Below, piece by piece: positions 40,775 to 53,774 of a DNA stretch of 64,000 nt; the stretch's first letter is position 1; each line of letters begins with the position of its first letter. The position numbers and the translations under genes are program-made. The stretch spans positions 91,078,001 through 91,142,000 of the forward strand of contig NC_043002.1 of NCBI RefSeq assembly GCF_006345805.1, given 5' to 3'. Origin of the DNA: Octopus sinensis. Lineage: Eukaryota. The notes under the pieces are model-generated. The model had not been told where the DNA came from. It saw nothing but the letters and a program-made list of their open reading frames with translations, and made no database searches.

Positions 40775-42160
40775 AGGGTTCTCTGCTCCCTTATCTGGTG
40801 GGCAGTGCTGAAGCTTGGGATAGATGAGTGCTTGGTGAGAGCTGTACAAGCTATGAGCAGGGATGTTCTCAGTAAGGTGGAAGTTGGCAAAGAGTATAGC
40901 AAGGAATTTAGTGTACCAGTAGGAGTTCACCAAGGATTGGTTCTCCACCCTCTCTTGTTTATCATAGTTCTCCAGGAATTTAAAAATAGCTGCTCTTTGG
41001 AGCTCCTCTACACTGATGACCATTAATATAGCAAAGGCCAAAGTCCCTGTAAATAAGAAAACAGGCAAATCCCTGATCCTTCAGGGTGATGGCCCTACTC
41101 AATATGTAGAAAGGTGTTGGTAGAAACTTCATACTGGTACCCAGTGCAAGTTATGGACACATAAGAGATGCAGCAATATCACAAGATGGTTAACAGAGAA
41201 ATTAATGTTCATGTGTGGCAGATGTGCAGGAATGAGCAGAAAACAGACTCCCTCAAATGTCCGATGGGATCCTTAGAAGTAGCAGATAGTTTCCATTACT
41301 TAGGTGACCAAGTTAGCTGTGGAGATGAGGCTCTGACAGCATAATTTCTAGAATAAGAACAAGCTGGGTAAAATTCAGAGAGCGTCTGCATTTGTTGGTA
41401 TCTAAGAGCCTGTCCCTCAGAGTGAAAGGCTGATTGTATGATGCCTATGTACGAACAGCTATGCCACTTGGCAGTGAGACACGGGCTGTGACTATTGAGG
41501 ACATGCAAAAGCTTGAAAGAAATGAAGTCAGCATGCTCCCTTCGATGGGACAGGATGTAAATGATTAATAGAAAAATTGGGTATATGAGTCATCAAATGT
41601 AGTGGGCAAGACTGCACTGGTATGGTTATGTGATGCATATGGATGAGGGCAGCGGCATTAAGAATTATCAATCGCTAATTGTGGAGGTGGGACGAAGTGG
41701 TGAAAAACGATCTTCAGAGAAATGACAATGGACCGAGATTCCTGGCGGTTTGCTGTACTTGCAAAGACACGTCAGGCTAAGTAAAGTCGTGACCATCTAT
41801 ACATACAGGCATGTCTCTCTGTCAGTAGAGAGGTCCTTGTCTTGCAGGCTCACGGGTGTTGGTTTCACGTAAAATCACCCATGCTGGTACCATGTAGGAT
41901 GCACTTGTATCGGTGCCACGTAAGAAGTACTCGTGTCGGTGTCACGTGGAAAAGCGCCCATTAGAGGCCACTTAAAAAGCTTCTGTAACATTTGATAGAT
42001 ACCAAACACACTCTGTAAAATGGCTGGTGTTAGGAAAGGCATCCAGCCAGAGAAACCATGCCATAACAGACAATTGGAACCTGGGTAACTCTCGTGTTGG
42101 CCAGCTCTGTCAGACCGTCCAACCCATGCCAGTATGGAAAACGGGCGTTAAATGATGAGG
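40775..42160 (+). pseudogene. Decayed RTE-clade LINE 3' portion with its 3' UTR
   Basis: LGIDECLVRAVQAM...VGVHQGLVLHPLLFIIVL...LLYTDD; later SFHYLGDQ and MQKLERNEVSML; 3' end matches the S3 tails. Confidence 0.8.
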
Positions 42161-42189
42161 GTGAATATGATAATTCATTTATATATATA

Positions 42190-43885
42190 ACGGGAAGCTT
42201 TATGAAAATAAACAAAAGACGAAGGCAGGTGGAAAACAAACGAACAATTGTATTAGTATGGCGCTCAGGAAATATAAATAAAACAAGTCTTTAACGTTTC
42301 GAGCCTACGCTCTTCAACAGAAAGATACACACAGAGAGAAAAACACAGAAAGAAGGAGAGAAAAAAAATGCGTGCAGTAGCTAACGAATCAACATGGCGA
42401 TCTGATTTCGGCCAGAGGTCAAAGATCAAACATGAGACGCGAGAGCGAAATAAGGAGAGATAATAGGGTTGATAAAAGGGTTGAAGGACCAGCTAATAGT
42501 GCGTAGGAGGGGTCTGGATGTGTGTATGTATAGGGTTGGTGTATGTATTAGTATGTATAAGGGTGTTGTGTGTGTGTGTGGTGTGTGTTGAGAGAGTATT
42601 AGTGCGTAGGACTGGTCTGGACGTGCGTATGTATGGGGTTGGTGTATGTATTAGTATGTATTAGTATGTATTAGTACGTATTGGTATGTATAAGTGTGTG
42701 TGTGTGTGTGAGAGAGTATAAGTGCGTATGCGGGGTCTGGACGTGTGTATGTATAGGGTTGGTGTATGTATTAGTATGTACTAGTATGTATTGTACGTAA
42801 TATATGTTTATTAGTTGGTGTGTGTATTAGTATGGCACATCATATGTGATGTGATGTGTAAAGTCATGTGGTGTAGTGAGGAGAAGAGGGGGAGGGGAGA
42901 AGAGGGGGGAGAGAAGGGGAGGGGAAGAAGAGGGGATGAGAAGGGGGGAAGGAGGAGAGGAAGGGGAGGAGAGGGGGAAGAGGAGAGGGGGAGGGAGGGG
43001 GATGAAGGAGGCAAAGAGGGAGAGGGGGAGAGAGAAGGGGAGCAGAGGGAGTGAGGGGGAGCAGAGGGAAGGGAAGAGGGAGGGAGAAAGAGGGAAGAAG
43101 GGAAGGGGTTAGGGGTGGAAAGGATGAAGGACTGAAGAGTAGGGGTCGGGGGGAAGGAAGGTGAGGGAGGGTGGAGGGGAGAGAGGGGGGTTAGATGAGG
43201 GGGGGGAGAGTTGAGACCAAATGGCGTATAAGAGCGAAGAGAGACGATTAATCCTGTTCACGGCGCAAACGGGAATCTGGATGGCCTCTGTGTAAGGACA
43301 AACCGAACACAGATAGGTGTTGCAGGAGTGACCGGTGGAGCGGAAATGGCGTGAGACCGGTGTGTCGTTCGCAAGGTGGATGTCACGAAGGTGTTCCGCG
43401 AACCGGTCAGCCAAGCGGGTCCCGTTTGTCCGATGTACAAGGAATTGCAGAGAGAGCAAGAGATGCAATAGATAATATTGCTGGAGGTGCAGGTGAAGGA
43501 GTGATGATGGGATAGGGTCGATGGTGGGTGCTAGTGAGGCGGGTGGTGTTGGAGAGGTAAGGAGGGCAAGGTGCGGCAACGTGGGCGGGAGCAGGGGACG
43601 AGCCGGGTTGGGAGGTAGGGTCAGGGAAGGAGCTATGGACCAAAAGGTCTCGAAGGTTGTGGGCTCGTTTTGAAAGAGGGGAGGGGTCCGGTTAGGGAGA
43701 GGTTGTGAAGTGGACGGGTCGGACTGGAGATGACGGAAAGCTCGAAGAATGGTGCGTTGGAGACGTAGGGTCGTGGGTGGTAAGTGAGGGGAAAAGGGAG
43801 GCGGGAGACTACAGGGCGGGTTCGGGGAGAGAGAGCAGATACACGGTCCACGGACCGTGCTCTGGCAAGGGCGGTGTGGATAGTG
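42190..43885 (-). mobile_element. 5'-truncated Penelope-like element: RT-EN linker, GIY-YIG endonuclease, 3' UTR and HHR-bearing terminal repeat
   Basis: Frameshifted RAHNLRDLLVHS, Cys-rich linker, IIYCISCSLCNSLYIGQTG, RLADRFAEHLRDI, PVSRHF; ends in (TA)n. Confidence 0.85.
42288..42325 (-). ncRNA. Minimal type I HHR (A6U) in the PLE terminus
   Basis: UCUUU-CUGUUGA-A-GAGC-GUAG-GCUC-GAAAC-GUU-AAAGA. Confidence 0.65.
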
Positions 43886-44034
43886 GTGAGGGGGTATCAC
43901 GCGCGCACGCACGTACGCATACACACACAGGCTGTTCAGGCTAAATTTGGCGATTTTATGTCTCCTTTCAGGAATAGCTTGATATATTGGTAAACAGTCT
44001 GCGGCGTTGGAGAGCATATAGAATAAAGTTGAAG

Positions 44035-44781
44035 ATTAGGAAAAGTTTGCTAATGTAGAGGACTGGAAGTCATCTGAATATTGGAAAAGAGTTACTCATA
44101 TCATGGTGATTCGCTCCGAGTATCAAACGCTGTGAGGTGTGACATGGACAGCTGCAACTGCGACTACGAAGCCGCAGCTAGCAGGAAGGTGATAGTCTTT
44201 GTGTGTGTCTCCAGTGACGGTGCTGTTTGAACAGGGTCTTAGATTCCATTCAGACGGTTATGTGAAGCTATTAGAGAGTGTGGTCAAAGCTTGGCTGGAG
44301 AAGGTTGCTGCTTGAAAGCCATATGTGTGATAGTAAGATTCGGCTCCTTGCAATTACTTCTGGAAAGAGTCTGAAGTGGTTGTCTGAGAATATCTACGAC
44401 TCCACCAGCCTCAATTTCTGGCCTCCTAATTCGCCCGATTTTAATTCCATGGTTTACTATGTGTGGAGCACGGTTGGGAAAGACACTAACCCCTCTGCCT
44501 GCAACACCAAGGCTGAGCTGTAACCAAGACCAACACCAAGATCAAGAAGGGGTTTGAAGAGATTCCCAAGCACACAGTAAAAAGCGCATGTGCCAAGTTT
44601 TGGAGTCGTCTTGCGGTTGTGGTGGAGGCTCAGGGTGGTTACCTTGCATAAACTGCCATCTCCCAGCCATAACCTGGTTGATAGCTTTGATTTTCTTTTT
44701 TCAAATACATTTATTATTGGATGGGATATTTTGTTTTATTTTCCTTTTGTACAAACTGTCAGATTAAGCCCAAACACTGTG
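44035..44781 (+). mobile_element. Tc1/mariner superfamily (maT/DD37D-like) transposase 3' relic with its right end
   Basis: DSAPC, WLSEN...FWPPNSPDFNSMVYYVWS, SRLAVVVEAQGGY motifs with stops. Confidence 0.75.
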
Positions 44782-44909
44782 TACATACATATCACACAAA
44801 GTTAAATTTAAACAGCGCTTCAAACATACTGATTCGTTCTGAAATCTACATAAGAAGCAATCATCTGAAATTGGAAATAACGCACTGTTGATTTTCAATA
44901 TTAAGTAAG

Positions 44910-45112
44910 ATGGTGAACTAGTAGAATCGTTATCACGCCGGGCAAAATGCTTAGCGATATTCTGTCCATCTTTTATGTTATGAGTTCAAATTCCGCCGAG
45001 CTCGACTCTTCTTTTAATTCATTTTGGGGTTGACCAGTTAAGCACAGGGGTCGATGTAATCGACTCACCACATCCTTCAAAATTGCTGACCTTGTGCCAA
45101 AATTTGAAACAA
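44910..45112 (+). mobile_element. S2 SINE, tail variant c, CpG-retaining
   Basis: S2 homology. Confidence 0.7.
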
Positions 45113-45858
45113 ATAAGAAAGAGATCTTCAAGAGGTGTAGAGTATAATCTTAATAAATAAACAACTGTTTAAACGCAAAATCAGAAATCATCAACAAATG
45201 TCACCATAAAGTGTATGATCATACCAGCAGCTAAGTGACTGAATCAATGTGTCACTATTTACGAGAGACAACTACATACATTTTATGACTTACCAAAAAC
45301 TATCACACATCTTTAAACCACATATACTCTCTGATTCTATTTTTAAAAGAATCTCTTTAGCATTCTTAATAGCGAAATAGATCAATAAAATCACTCATTA
45401 TTTTCCCATTTAGAATATATATTTGATCTCATAAATACGCTGTGTATCTTTCCATGCTTATTTCTAAATAGTCTTTTATTTGACTCCCAACTAAATTTCT
45501 GTTATTCTACATTTCCTTCACCCAGCCACATTTAATCATTCCACACACCCATTTATTTTATGGTCCTTCAATCTATACTGCTATCACCCAAGGGAAGTAA
45601 TTCACTCGTAACTTATTTGTATGGATTATGCTCTTTTAAACTGATTGTGTTTTTACTTCTGCGACAGAAGAATTTCTGCAAATATATTGCCGATATTTTT
45701 GTGATAATTTCAGATTATTGTCAGGTGGATGCTTAGCATTGAACAAGTATGAACATTGAAGTCACCACATATTAACTTTACTTATTAGAGATCACTGTAA
45801 TGGTTAATTAGCCCTACCAAAAATTCATATGTGTGTGTGGGTGTGTGAGTGAGCAAGA

Positions 45859-45909
<51 letters not shown>

Positions 45910-45927
45910 ATATATATATAATATATA

Positions 45928-45962
<35 letters not shown>

Positions 45963-45984
45963 AGAGAGAGAGAGATAGATAGAT

Positions 45985-46400
45985 AGATAAGTTTCTTTAT
46001 TGCCCACACAAGGCTGACACAGATGGGACAAGTTACAAGGTAGAGCTTTTCTTTTGGGGGATGAAAAAAAAAAAACAAAAGAAAAAAAAAGGGGTGGCGT
46101 AGGTTTTCGATCAAGAGGGATCGTAAAGGGAAGAAAAGAACAAAAAACAGAAATAAAATAAAAAAGAAAAAGAATAAAAAGAAAAAAAAAGAAAAGGAAA
46201 AGGAACAACAGAAAAGAGAAATGAAAAAAGAAGAAAAAAGGGGGAAAAAAAGGGGAAGAGGAAAAAAAAACGATCAATAGGGATCATGTATCACAGTGTT
46301 ATAATATATGGTGTAAAGGGGAAAGCAAGTAAGATTTATCCGTGGGAAGAAAAGTGGGTAACCCTCTGTGGGTAACCCTCTGTTTTCAATTTCTGGGTTC
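45985..46400 (-). mobile_element. LINE-like 3' UTR fragment (possibly Tx1) inserted in (GATA)n
   Basis: Pyrimidine-rich UTR ending cttgtcccatctgtgtcagccttgtgtgggcaataaagaaac; (GATA)n on both sides. Confidence 0.45.
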
Positions 46401-46481
46401 ATAGATAGATAGATAGATAGATAGATTGGTAGATAGATAGATAGATTGGTAGATAGATAGATAAATAGATTGGTAGATAGA

Positions 46482-46875
46482 TGGGCGCAGGCGTGGCTAT
46501 GTGGTAAGAAGCTTACTTCCCAACCACATGGTTCCGGGTTCAATCCCACTACATGGCATCTAGAGCAAGCGTCTTCTACTATAGCCTCAGGCCGACCAAA
46601 GCTTTGTGAGTGGATTTGGTATACGGAAACTGAAAGAAGCCCGTCGTATACACACACACACATATATATATATATATGCATACATTTGTGTGTGTGTCCG
46701 GAATCGCTTGGCAACCGACTTTGGTGCGTTTACGTTCCCGTAACTTTGCGGTTCGGCAAAAGACACTGGTAGAGTAAGTACTAGGCTTACAAAGAATAAA
46801 TCCTGGAGTCGATTACTTCGACTAAAAGGCGGTGCTCCAGCATGGCTGCAGTCATATGAGTAAAACAAGTAAAAG
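46482..46875 (+). mobile_element. S1 SINE
   Basis: Full-length homology. Confidence 0.8.
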
Positions 46876-46982
46876 AACACAAACACACACATCAGCGTCT
46901 TTCGCCAGCCCGCTAAGGTACGGACTCGTAAACAAACTAGCAACGATTGTCAAATGGTGACAAGGACAAACACACGCACATA

Positions 46983-47031
<49 letters not shown>

Positions 47032-47291
47032 GTATATATATCCGACGGGCTTCTTTCAGTTTCCGTCTACCAAATCTCCTTACAAGATTTTGGTCGGCCC
47101 GAGGCTATAGCAGAAGACACTTGCCCAAAGCGCCACACAGTTCTACTGGGCCCGGAACCAACCCAGTCACGCCTGGGATAAACATGAATTTCAGGTAGGA
47201 TTAGTAGGAACACTAATTAACTACTATCGAAGAAAAGTCTGAGGAATCTAAATTGATAAGAATTAATATTTATTTATTGAATTATTTATTG

Positions 47292-47690
47292 AATAGGCGT
47301 AGGAGTGGCTGTGTGGTAAGTAGCTTACTTACGAACCACATGGTTCCGGGTTCAGTCCCACTGCCTGGCACCTTGCGCAAATGTCTTCTACCATAGCCTC
47401 GGGCTGGCCAAAGCCTTGTGAGTGAATTTGGTAGACGGAAACTGAAAGAAGCCCGTCGTGTGTGTGTGTGTATTTGTGTGTCTGTGTTTGTGTGTTTGTC
47501 CCCCAACATCGCTTGACAACTGTTGCTGGTGTGTTTACGTCCCCGTAACTTAGCGGTTCAGCAAAAGAGACTGATAGAATAAGTACTAGGCTTACAAAGA
47601 ATAAGTCCAAGGTTCGATTTGCTCGACTAAAGGCGGTCTCCAGTATGGCCACAGTCAAATGACTGAATCATGGAAAAGAGTAAAAGAGTT
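47292..47690 (+). mobile_element. S1 SINE
   Basis: Full-length homology. Confidence 0.85.
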
Positions 47691-48304
47691 ACACTACAAT
47701 TTGCTGTGTATTTCGATTTTGCGAATCTGTCTAACGAACGTTAAAATATGGTATGGAAAATTGGAACTGGTATTATCGAAAATGAAGGAGAAAAAACAGT
47801 TCAATTTCTAATGAGGAAGTTTTGGGAAATGGAAAGAAAAAGGGAGAGAGAAATTACAACAAAAAAAAATATGTAAAGGTGATGAAAAGAAAGCAAAGTG
47901 GAGTGGTCGGTAAATGAAACTGTGTGAGTCAGTGGAAATAAAGAAATTTTGTAACTTATAAGTTGAAGAAGAAAGAAATAAGGAGAAAAGCCAAGAAAAT
48001 AACATAATGAATTTTAACAAAATATAGTGCAAAAAAAAAACATTCTATAAAGTCTATAAAGAGAAAATATTAAACAACGATAATTCTTTTATAGCAATTG
48101 CGAGAGGAGGGGGCGAGTTGATTACATCGAATTTTATCGAGTCTGAAAAGATGAAAGGCAAAATCAACTTCGGTGGGTCTATCATTGATAAGACCAAGAA
48201 AGGTCGAAATCACGCGATCTGGTGGTCTTGGTGCTGGAGATGGCGGTAATTTATCTCCCTGCTTGTAATATAAACAAAACTGCATTTTGCACCAAAAGCC
48301 AATA

Positions 48305-48515
48305 CTCTTTTTACTCTTTTATTTGTTTCAGTCGTTTGACTGCGGCCATGCTGGAGCACCACCTTTAATCGAGCAACTCGACCCCGGCACTTATTCTTTT
48401 GTAAGCCCAGTACTTATTCTATCGGTCTGTTTTGCCGAACCGCTAAGTGACGGGAAGACAAACACACCAGCAATGCTAGGGGGACAAACACAGACACACA
48501 AACACACACTAATGC

Positions 48516-48546
<31 letters not shown>

Positions 48547-48707
48547 TACGACGGGCTTCTTTCAGTTTCCGTCTACCAAATCCACTCACAAGGCTTTGGT
48601 CGACCCGAGGCTATAGTAGAAGACACTTGCCCAAGGTGCCACGCAGTGGGACTGAACCCGGAAACATGTGGTTGGTAAGCAAGCTACTTACCACACAGCC
48701 ACTCCTG
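48305..48707 (-). mobile_element. S1 SINE within a 77-bp direct duplication
   Basis: Direct repeats at 48228-48304 and 48799-48875 (one mismatch). Confidence 0.85.
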
Positions 48708-49274
48708 ATGTATATATATCCGACGGGCTTCTTTCAGTTTCCGTATACCAAATCTCTTTACAAGATTTTGGTCGGCCCGAGGCTATAGTAGAAGACATTT
48801 GGTGCTGGAGATGGCGGTAAATTATCTCCCTGCTTGTAATATAAACAAAACTGCATTTTGCACCAAAAGCCAATATGAAAGTTTCTTTCATAGTATCTCC
48901 CACAGTATGATTTATTCTAACAGATTATCTATGGGATATATATTAACTCTCAGTACTAATATTGCCTCCGTCTCTTATATACGAATATATAAAGAGCTGG
49001 AAGAAACACGACCACTAGCGATTCTGCCAGCTTATTACCTTAAACACAATTACGATAACATCCTCTACTATTGGCACGAGGCTTGGAATTTTAATGGGAT
49101 GGAGTTAGTCGATTATATCAACCCGTGTACTTAAATCCTTATTTTATCGACCTTGAAATGCTGAAGGGCAAAGTCGACTTCAGTGGAATTTGAACTCGGA
49201 ATTTAAAGATCTAGAATAAGTGTCGCCTAGCAGTTTGTTCGATCGTATTAACGATTCTACCTGCACGCCGCCTT

Positions 49275-49302
49275 AATAATAACAATAATAATAATAACAA
49301 TG

Positions 49303-49357
<55 letters not shown>

Positions 49358-49403
49358 TAATAGTAATAATAATAATAATAATGATAATAATAATAATGAT
49401 AAA

Positions 49404-49442
<39 letters not shown>

Positions 49443-49445
49443 TTG

Positions 49446-49514
<69 letters not shown>

Positions 49515-49782
49515 GTAACAATAATAATATAATAATAATAATAGTAACAATAATAATAATAATAATAATCCTTTCTACTGTAGTCACAGGGCCTGAAATT
49601 TCGTGATGGTGGAGATAAGCCGATTACATTGACCCTAGTGTTCAACTGGTACTTATTTTATCGACCTTGAAAGGATGAAATACAAAATCAACTTTGGCGG
49701 AATTTGAATTTAGAACGTAAAGTAATAAGAAATGCCGCTAGGCATTTTACCCGGTGTGCTAACGATTCTGCCAGGTCGCCGC

Positions 49783-49843
<61 letters not shown>

Positions 49844-50055
49844 TTAATAATAATAATAACCCTTTCTACTGTTGGCATAAGTCCTGAAATTTGGGGGAGG
49901 GAGATAGTTGATAAGTACTCAAATGATACTTATTTTATCGACCCCGAAAGGATGAAAGGCAAAGTCAACTTCGACGGAATTTAAACTCACAATGCAAGGA
50001 TGAACGGAATGCCGTTACGCAATTTGCTAATTATTTTGATATTATTGTAATAATA

Positions 50056-50088
<33 letters not shown>
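49275..50088 (-). repeat. (AAT)n tracts serving as tails of two S2 SINEs (49570-49782, 49860-50020)
   Basis: Minus-strand agtagaaaggatt(att)n junctions. Confidence 0.75.
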
Positions 50089-50091
<3 letters not shown>

Positions 50092-50657
50092 GCCCTGATG
50101 CAGTACCAGGCAGTGGCTCTCATGGCTTCTGATCTTAACTGACTGGAAGTGTTATCATGTACATTGTTTTGTCTTGGTATAAAAGATGGGCTACAGCAAA
50201 TATTCTGCTCAATACCACAGGTTTGCTTGTCAGTTGTTTGACCTTAACCAGTTGAGCATGTCCCTTAGTGGCTGACGATATGTGCATCTCTGATCACGAG
50301 CAGAAGTAGTGGGGGAGCATCATGGCCATGTGTTGAGAGGGATTCTTTGGAGTTTGAATGGTTCACCTCTGGAAACATAGGTGTTTCGTTCAACATCCTA
50401 AAGCAACCCTTATTCAGGGACCGTTTGAGCAGGATGGGCTACTCAACCTGAAGAAAATTCTAACTGGGCCCCACCTGCAAGGTCATGTGTTGTTTATCTT
50501 GATATGAGATCACCATGTCGCGCACGTATGGTTGTGATGCATGTGCCTGGTGTACCTTTATCAGACGGGTAGTCATGATGGGTATATTGGGCTTCGTATA
50601 TTTCAAGATGAAATATACCCAGTGTCACTTTGATGGCATGAACTGCTCTCTCACTCA
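50089..50657 (-). mobile_element. About 570-bp non-coding retroposon-like element embedded in (AAT)n
   Basis: Complex sequence bounded by (AAT)n on both sides; no ORF or TIR seen. Confidence 0.45.
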
Positions 50658-51093
50658 ATAATAATAATAATAATAATAATTAGCAAATCTACACTTGACT
50701 GAATAATACCATTAGTTAAAGGGCATCACCCTTTTAATGTAGAAGTCTTAGAATCATTTAAACAGATGCCATATAACAGAAGGCTAAATTCCTAAGAGGT
50801 TAATATTCTTCTCTGCATCAGTCAAAGCAGAGCTATAAATATCTCATCCTTCCACTCTCTTTCATTTTACTTCTGCTTTCTCTCATGTATATTTTGTTAG
50901 TCGTCTGACAGCCTCTCTCAAACACACGTACACAAACACACACATAATTATATATTAACATTATATATATATATATATATAGAAATTCGGGGTGAGTACT
51001 TGATAATTATAAGCACCTGTGTATACCGTTTGGTGGTGTAGGTGGTGGAGTAAATTGATCAAAATAAAATAAAAACATGATGCGAAGGATTCA

Positions 51094-51171
51094 GCGGTAC
51101 ATATGTTTCGGGCCTTTATTAGACAGATTTATAACAATGCATAATGTATGTCTGTGGCCTTCTTCAGCCGC
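51094..51171 (-). ncRNA. Type I HHR with an intact core
   Basis: GCGG-CUGAAGA-A-GGCC-ACAGA...UCUGU...GGCC-C-GAAAC-AUAU-GUA-CCGC. Confidence 0.7.
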
Positions 51172-52781
51172 GCACAACAGCTTCCACAAGGACATGTGTT
51201 ACATCAAAAATTCTTGGTTGGGGATGCAAATCCTCTCATTCACGTACGACATAATGTGCAGCAGCATAGAGTTGAGGCGTCCATCTCTTTCTTCTCTCAA
51301 TGTAGAATGAGGAAAATTGGATGTTGAGGTAATGTAAATAAATAAATACATATATAGAGGTGAAGATGGAGGGGCGAGAGTTCGGGACGAGGGATAAAAA
51401 ATGTATAAAAAGTGTAAGTATAGAATAATATAAAAATGTAGAGGATAAAGGGTTGTAAGTAGATGTAAAGGGGGTATAAAGAAATATAAGTAAAAATAGA
51501 AATAGAAATAAAAGTAAAAAAACCTGATAAAAACATGATAAATGTAAAAAATGTAAAGATAAGGGATGTATAGAGGTTATGGACCAAGCATGGTGGTCAG
51601 GAGATTGATAAAATTTAGTTGTAGAATTGTCAGTACATCAACAGTTTCATCTGGGGACTTAATGCGTTGTAAATCAGAGCTGATGAGCATTTAATCTGGT
51701 TCCTTGAATTAAATGGACTTCTAGTACATACATATCATCATGGATATATACACCCACATACACGCGTACATATACGCCTCCAAGCCTATGAGCATACACA
51801 CGCACTCGCGTGTAAACACGTACATAAACACACACGCACCCACACGCACGCGCGTACACACACATACATACAACAGAATATCCGCATATATACACGGACA
51901 TATATATATATATGAGTTATATTTTACAATTACATATATACATATATAATATAATGATACATATGAATATATATATATTCAGTATTATACAAATATTTAA
52001 TGTTTAATATAATGATATGTATATAATTATACAATTAAATATACAAATAATTATATAATTATGTGTCTATGTGTGTGTTTAAATATATAGTTATATAAAG
52101 ATTCCATTCCAGCAATTAGCTTGGAATCTTACTTTAACTTGTCAACTTACCATTTGCTTGAACCAGAACCTGGATCTGACATCGATTCTTAATGTTTGAA
52201 TACTTTCAACTAATTACACGTTTACTGGATGACTGATCAGAGTACAATCAATTAAATAACCAATTAATGAACTGCATACTGTCTTTCACAGACACCCACC
52301 TACAAGCTTTTTATCCCTCTCTCCCTCTATCTCTCTTTCCTCTTTCTCTTTCTCTCTCATTTCATGTCTACGTAAATAGATTAATATCGGCACTGTGGTG
52401 CTAAATTGGATGTGGCCAATAGAACATTCGTGAGAATTTGTCTGAGAGTGACACCTGTGTGCATTATAATCAGACTGTCGATAGACACATGGTGCTGACA
52501 GAATCAACCTTTCTGTGATCCTAAGTGCAATCAGGAAAACGTCAGATGCAAACAATGTTTGTATTTCGGAGAGATTTCTCTGGAAGGCACTCTGCCATTT
52601 TTGTCACGTTAACTCTAGCATTAGTGTCTTTCATCACTGCAGCTGGATTTGAATTTAGAATTGCGAGACACCAAACGACAACATTTGGAATCCTGGTTCA
52701 ATTTCTGGTAGCTTGCACCAATTTTATCATGCAGTCTGTGATATTGCATTTCCGATTCGTTTCTGATTCCACTCTCGATTT

Positions 52782-52819
<38 letters not shown>

Positions 52820-52841
52820 CATACACTCACACGCACACACA

Positions 52842-52893
<52 letters not shown>

Positions 52894-53039
52894 GAGAATA
52901 TTATTCCAAACTTACAGGAAAAAACTCAATTTAGTAATACTGAATCAAATTTCACAATATATATGTATATAAATTAGAGTAGAACCACCATGTAGCAATT
53001 CAAAAATGAAATAACAATGATATAATTAATTTATACCAT

Positions 53040-53253
53040 ACTCTTTTACTCTCCCTTTTACGTGTTTCAGTCATTTCACTGCGGCCATGCTGGAGCACCA
53101 CCTTTAGTCGAGTAAATCGACCCCAGAACTTATTCTTTGTAACCCTAGTACTTATTCTATCGGACCCTTGTGCCGAACCGCTAAGTTACGGGGACGTAGA
53201 CACACCAAAGTCGGTTGTCAAGCGATGTTGGGGGGACAAACACAGACACACAA

Positions 53254-53284
<31 letters not shown>

Positions 53285-53440
53285 CATATATACGACGAGC
53301 TTCTTTCAGTTTCCGTCTACCAAATCCACTCACAAAGCTTTAGTAGAAGACACTTGCCCAAGGTGTCACGCAGTGGGACTGAATCTGGAACCATGTGGTT
53401 GGTAAGCAAGCTACTTACCACACAGCCACTCCTGCGCCAT
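53040..53440 (-). mobile_element. S1 SINE (internal deletion)
   Basis: S1 homology. Confidence 0.8.
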
Positions 53441-53455
53441 ATAGAAAGAATTAAA

Positions 53456-53610
53456 TATACGATATATAAAAGTAAGGTTGTGTGCTGTCTGTCTCCTACG
53501 ATTTAGATTCCTAACTACTCCCACATTTTGCTATTATACTTTACATCTCTAAAAATGCTTATATAGTTATTTCCCTTACAAACCCGAGCAACGCCGGGCG
53601 ATACTGCTAG
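53456..53610 (+). mobile_element. About 155-bp non-autonomous Helitron
   Basis: gatatataaaagtaaggttgtgtg start; cccg-agcaacgc-cggg hairpin then CTAG|T end. Confidence 0.6.
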
Positions 53611-53687
53611 TATACGATAAAACATATACCAATAATTAATTACAAAATAAATAAAAAAATAGTATATAATTAGTAAAAAAACTAATT

Positions 53688-53774
<87 letters not shown>

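Noticed and set aside
45668-45724. 57-nt AG...GT-bounded open segment (possible exon)
   Set aside because: No recognisable protein motif or neighbouring exons; expected by chance.
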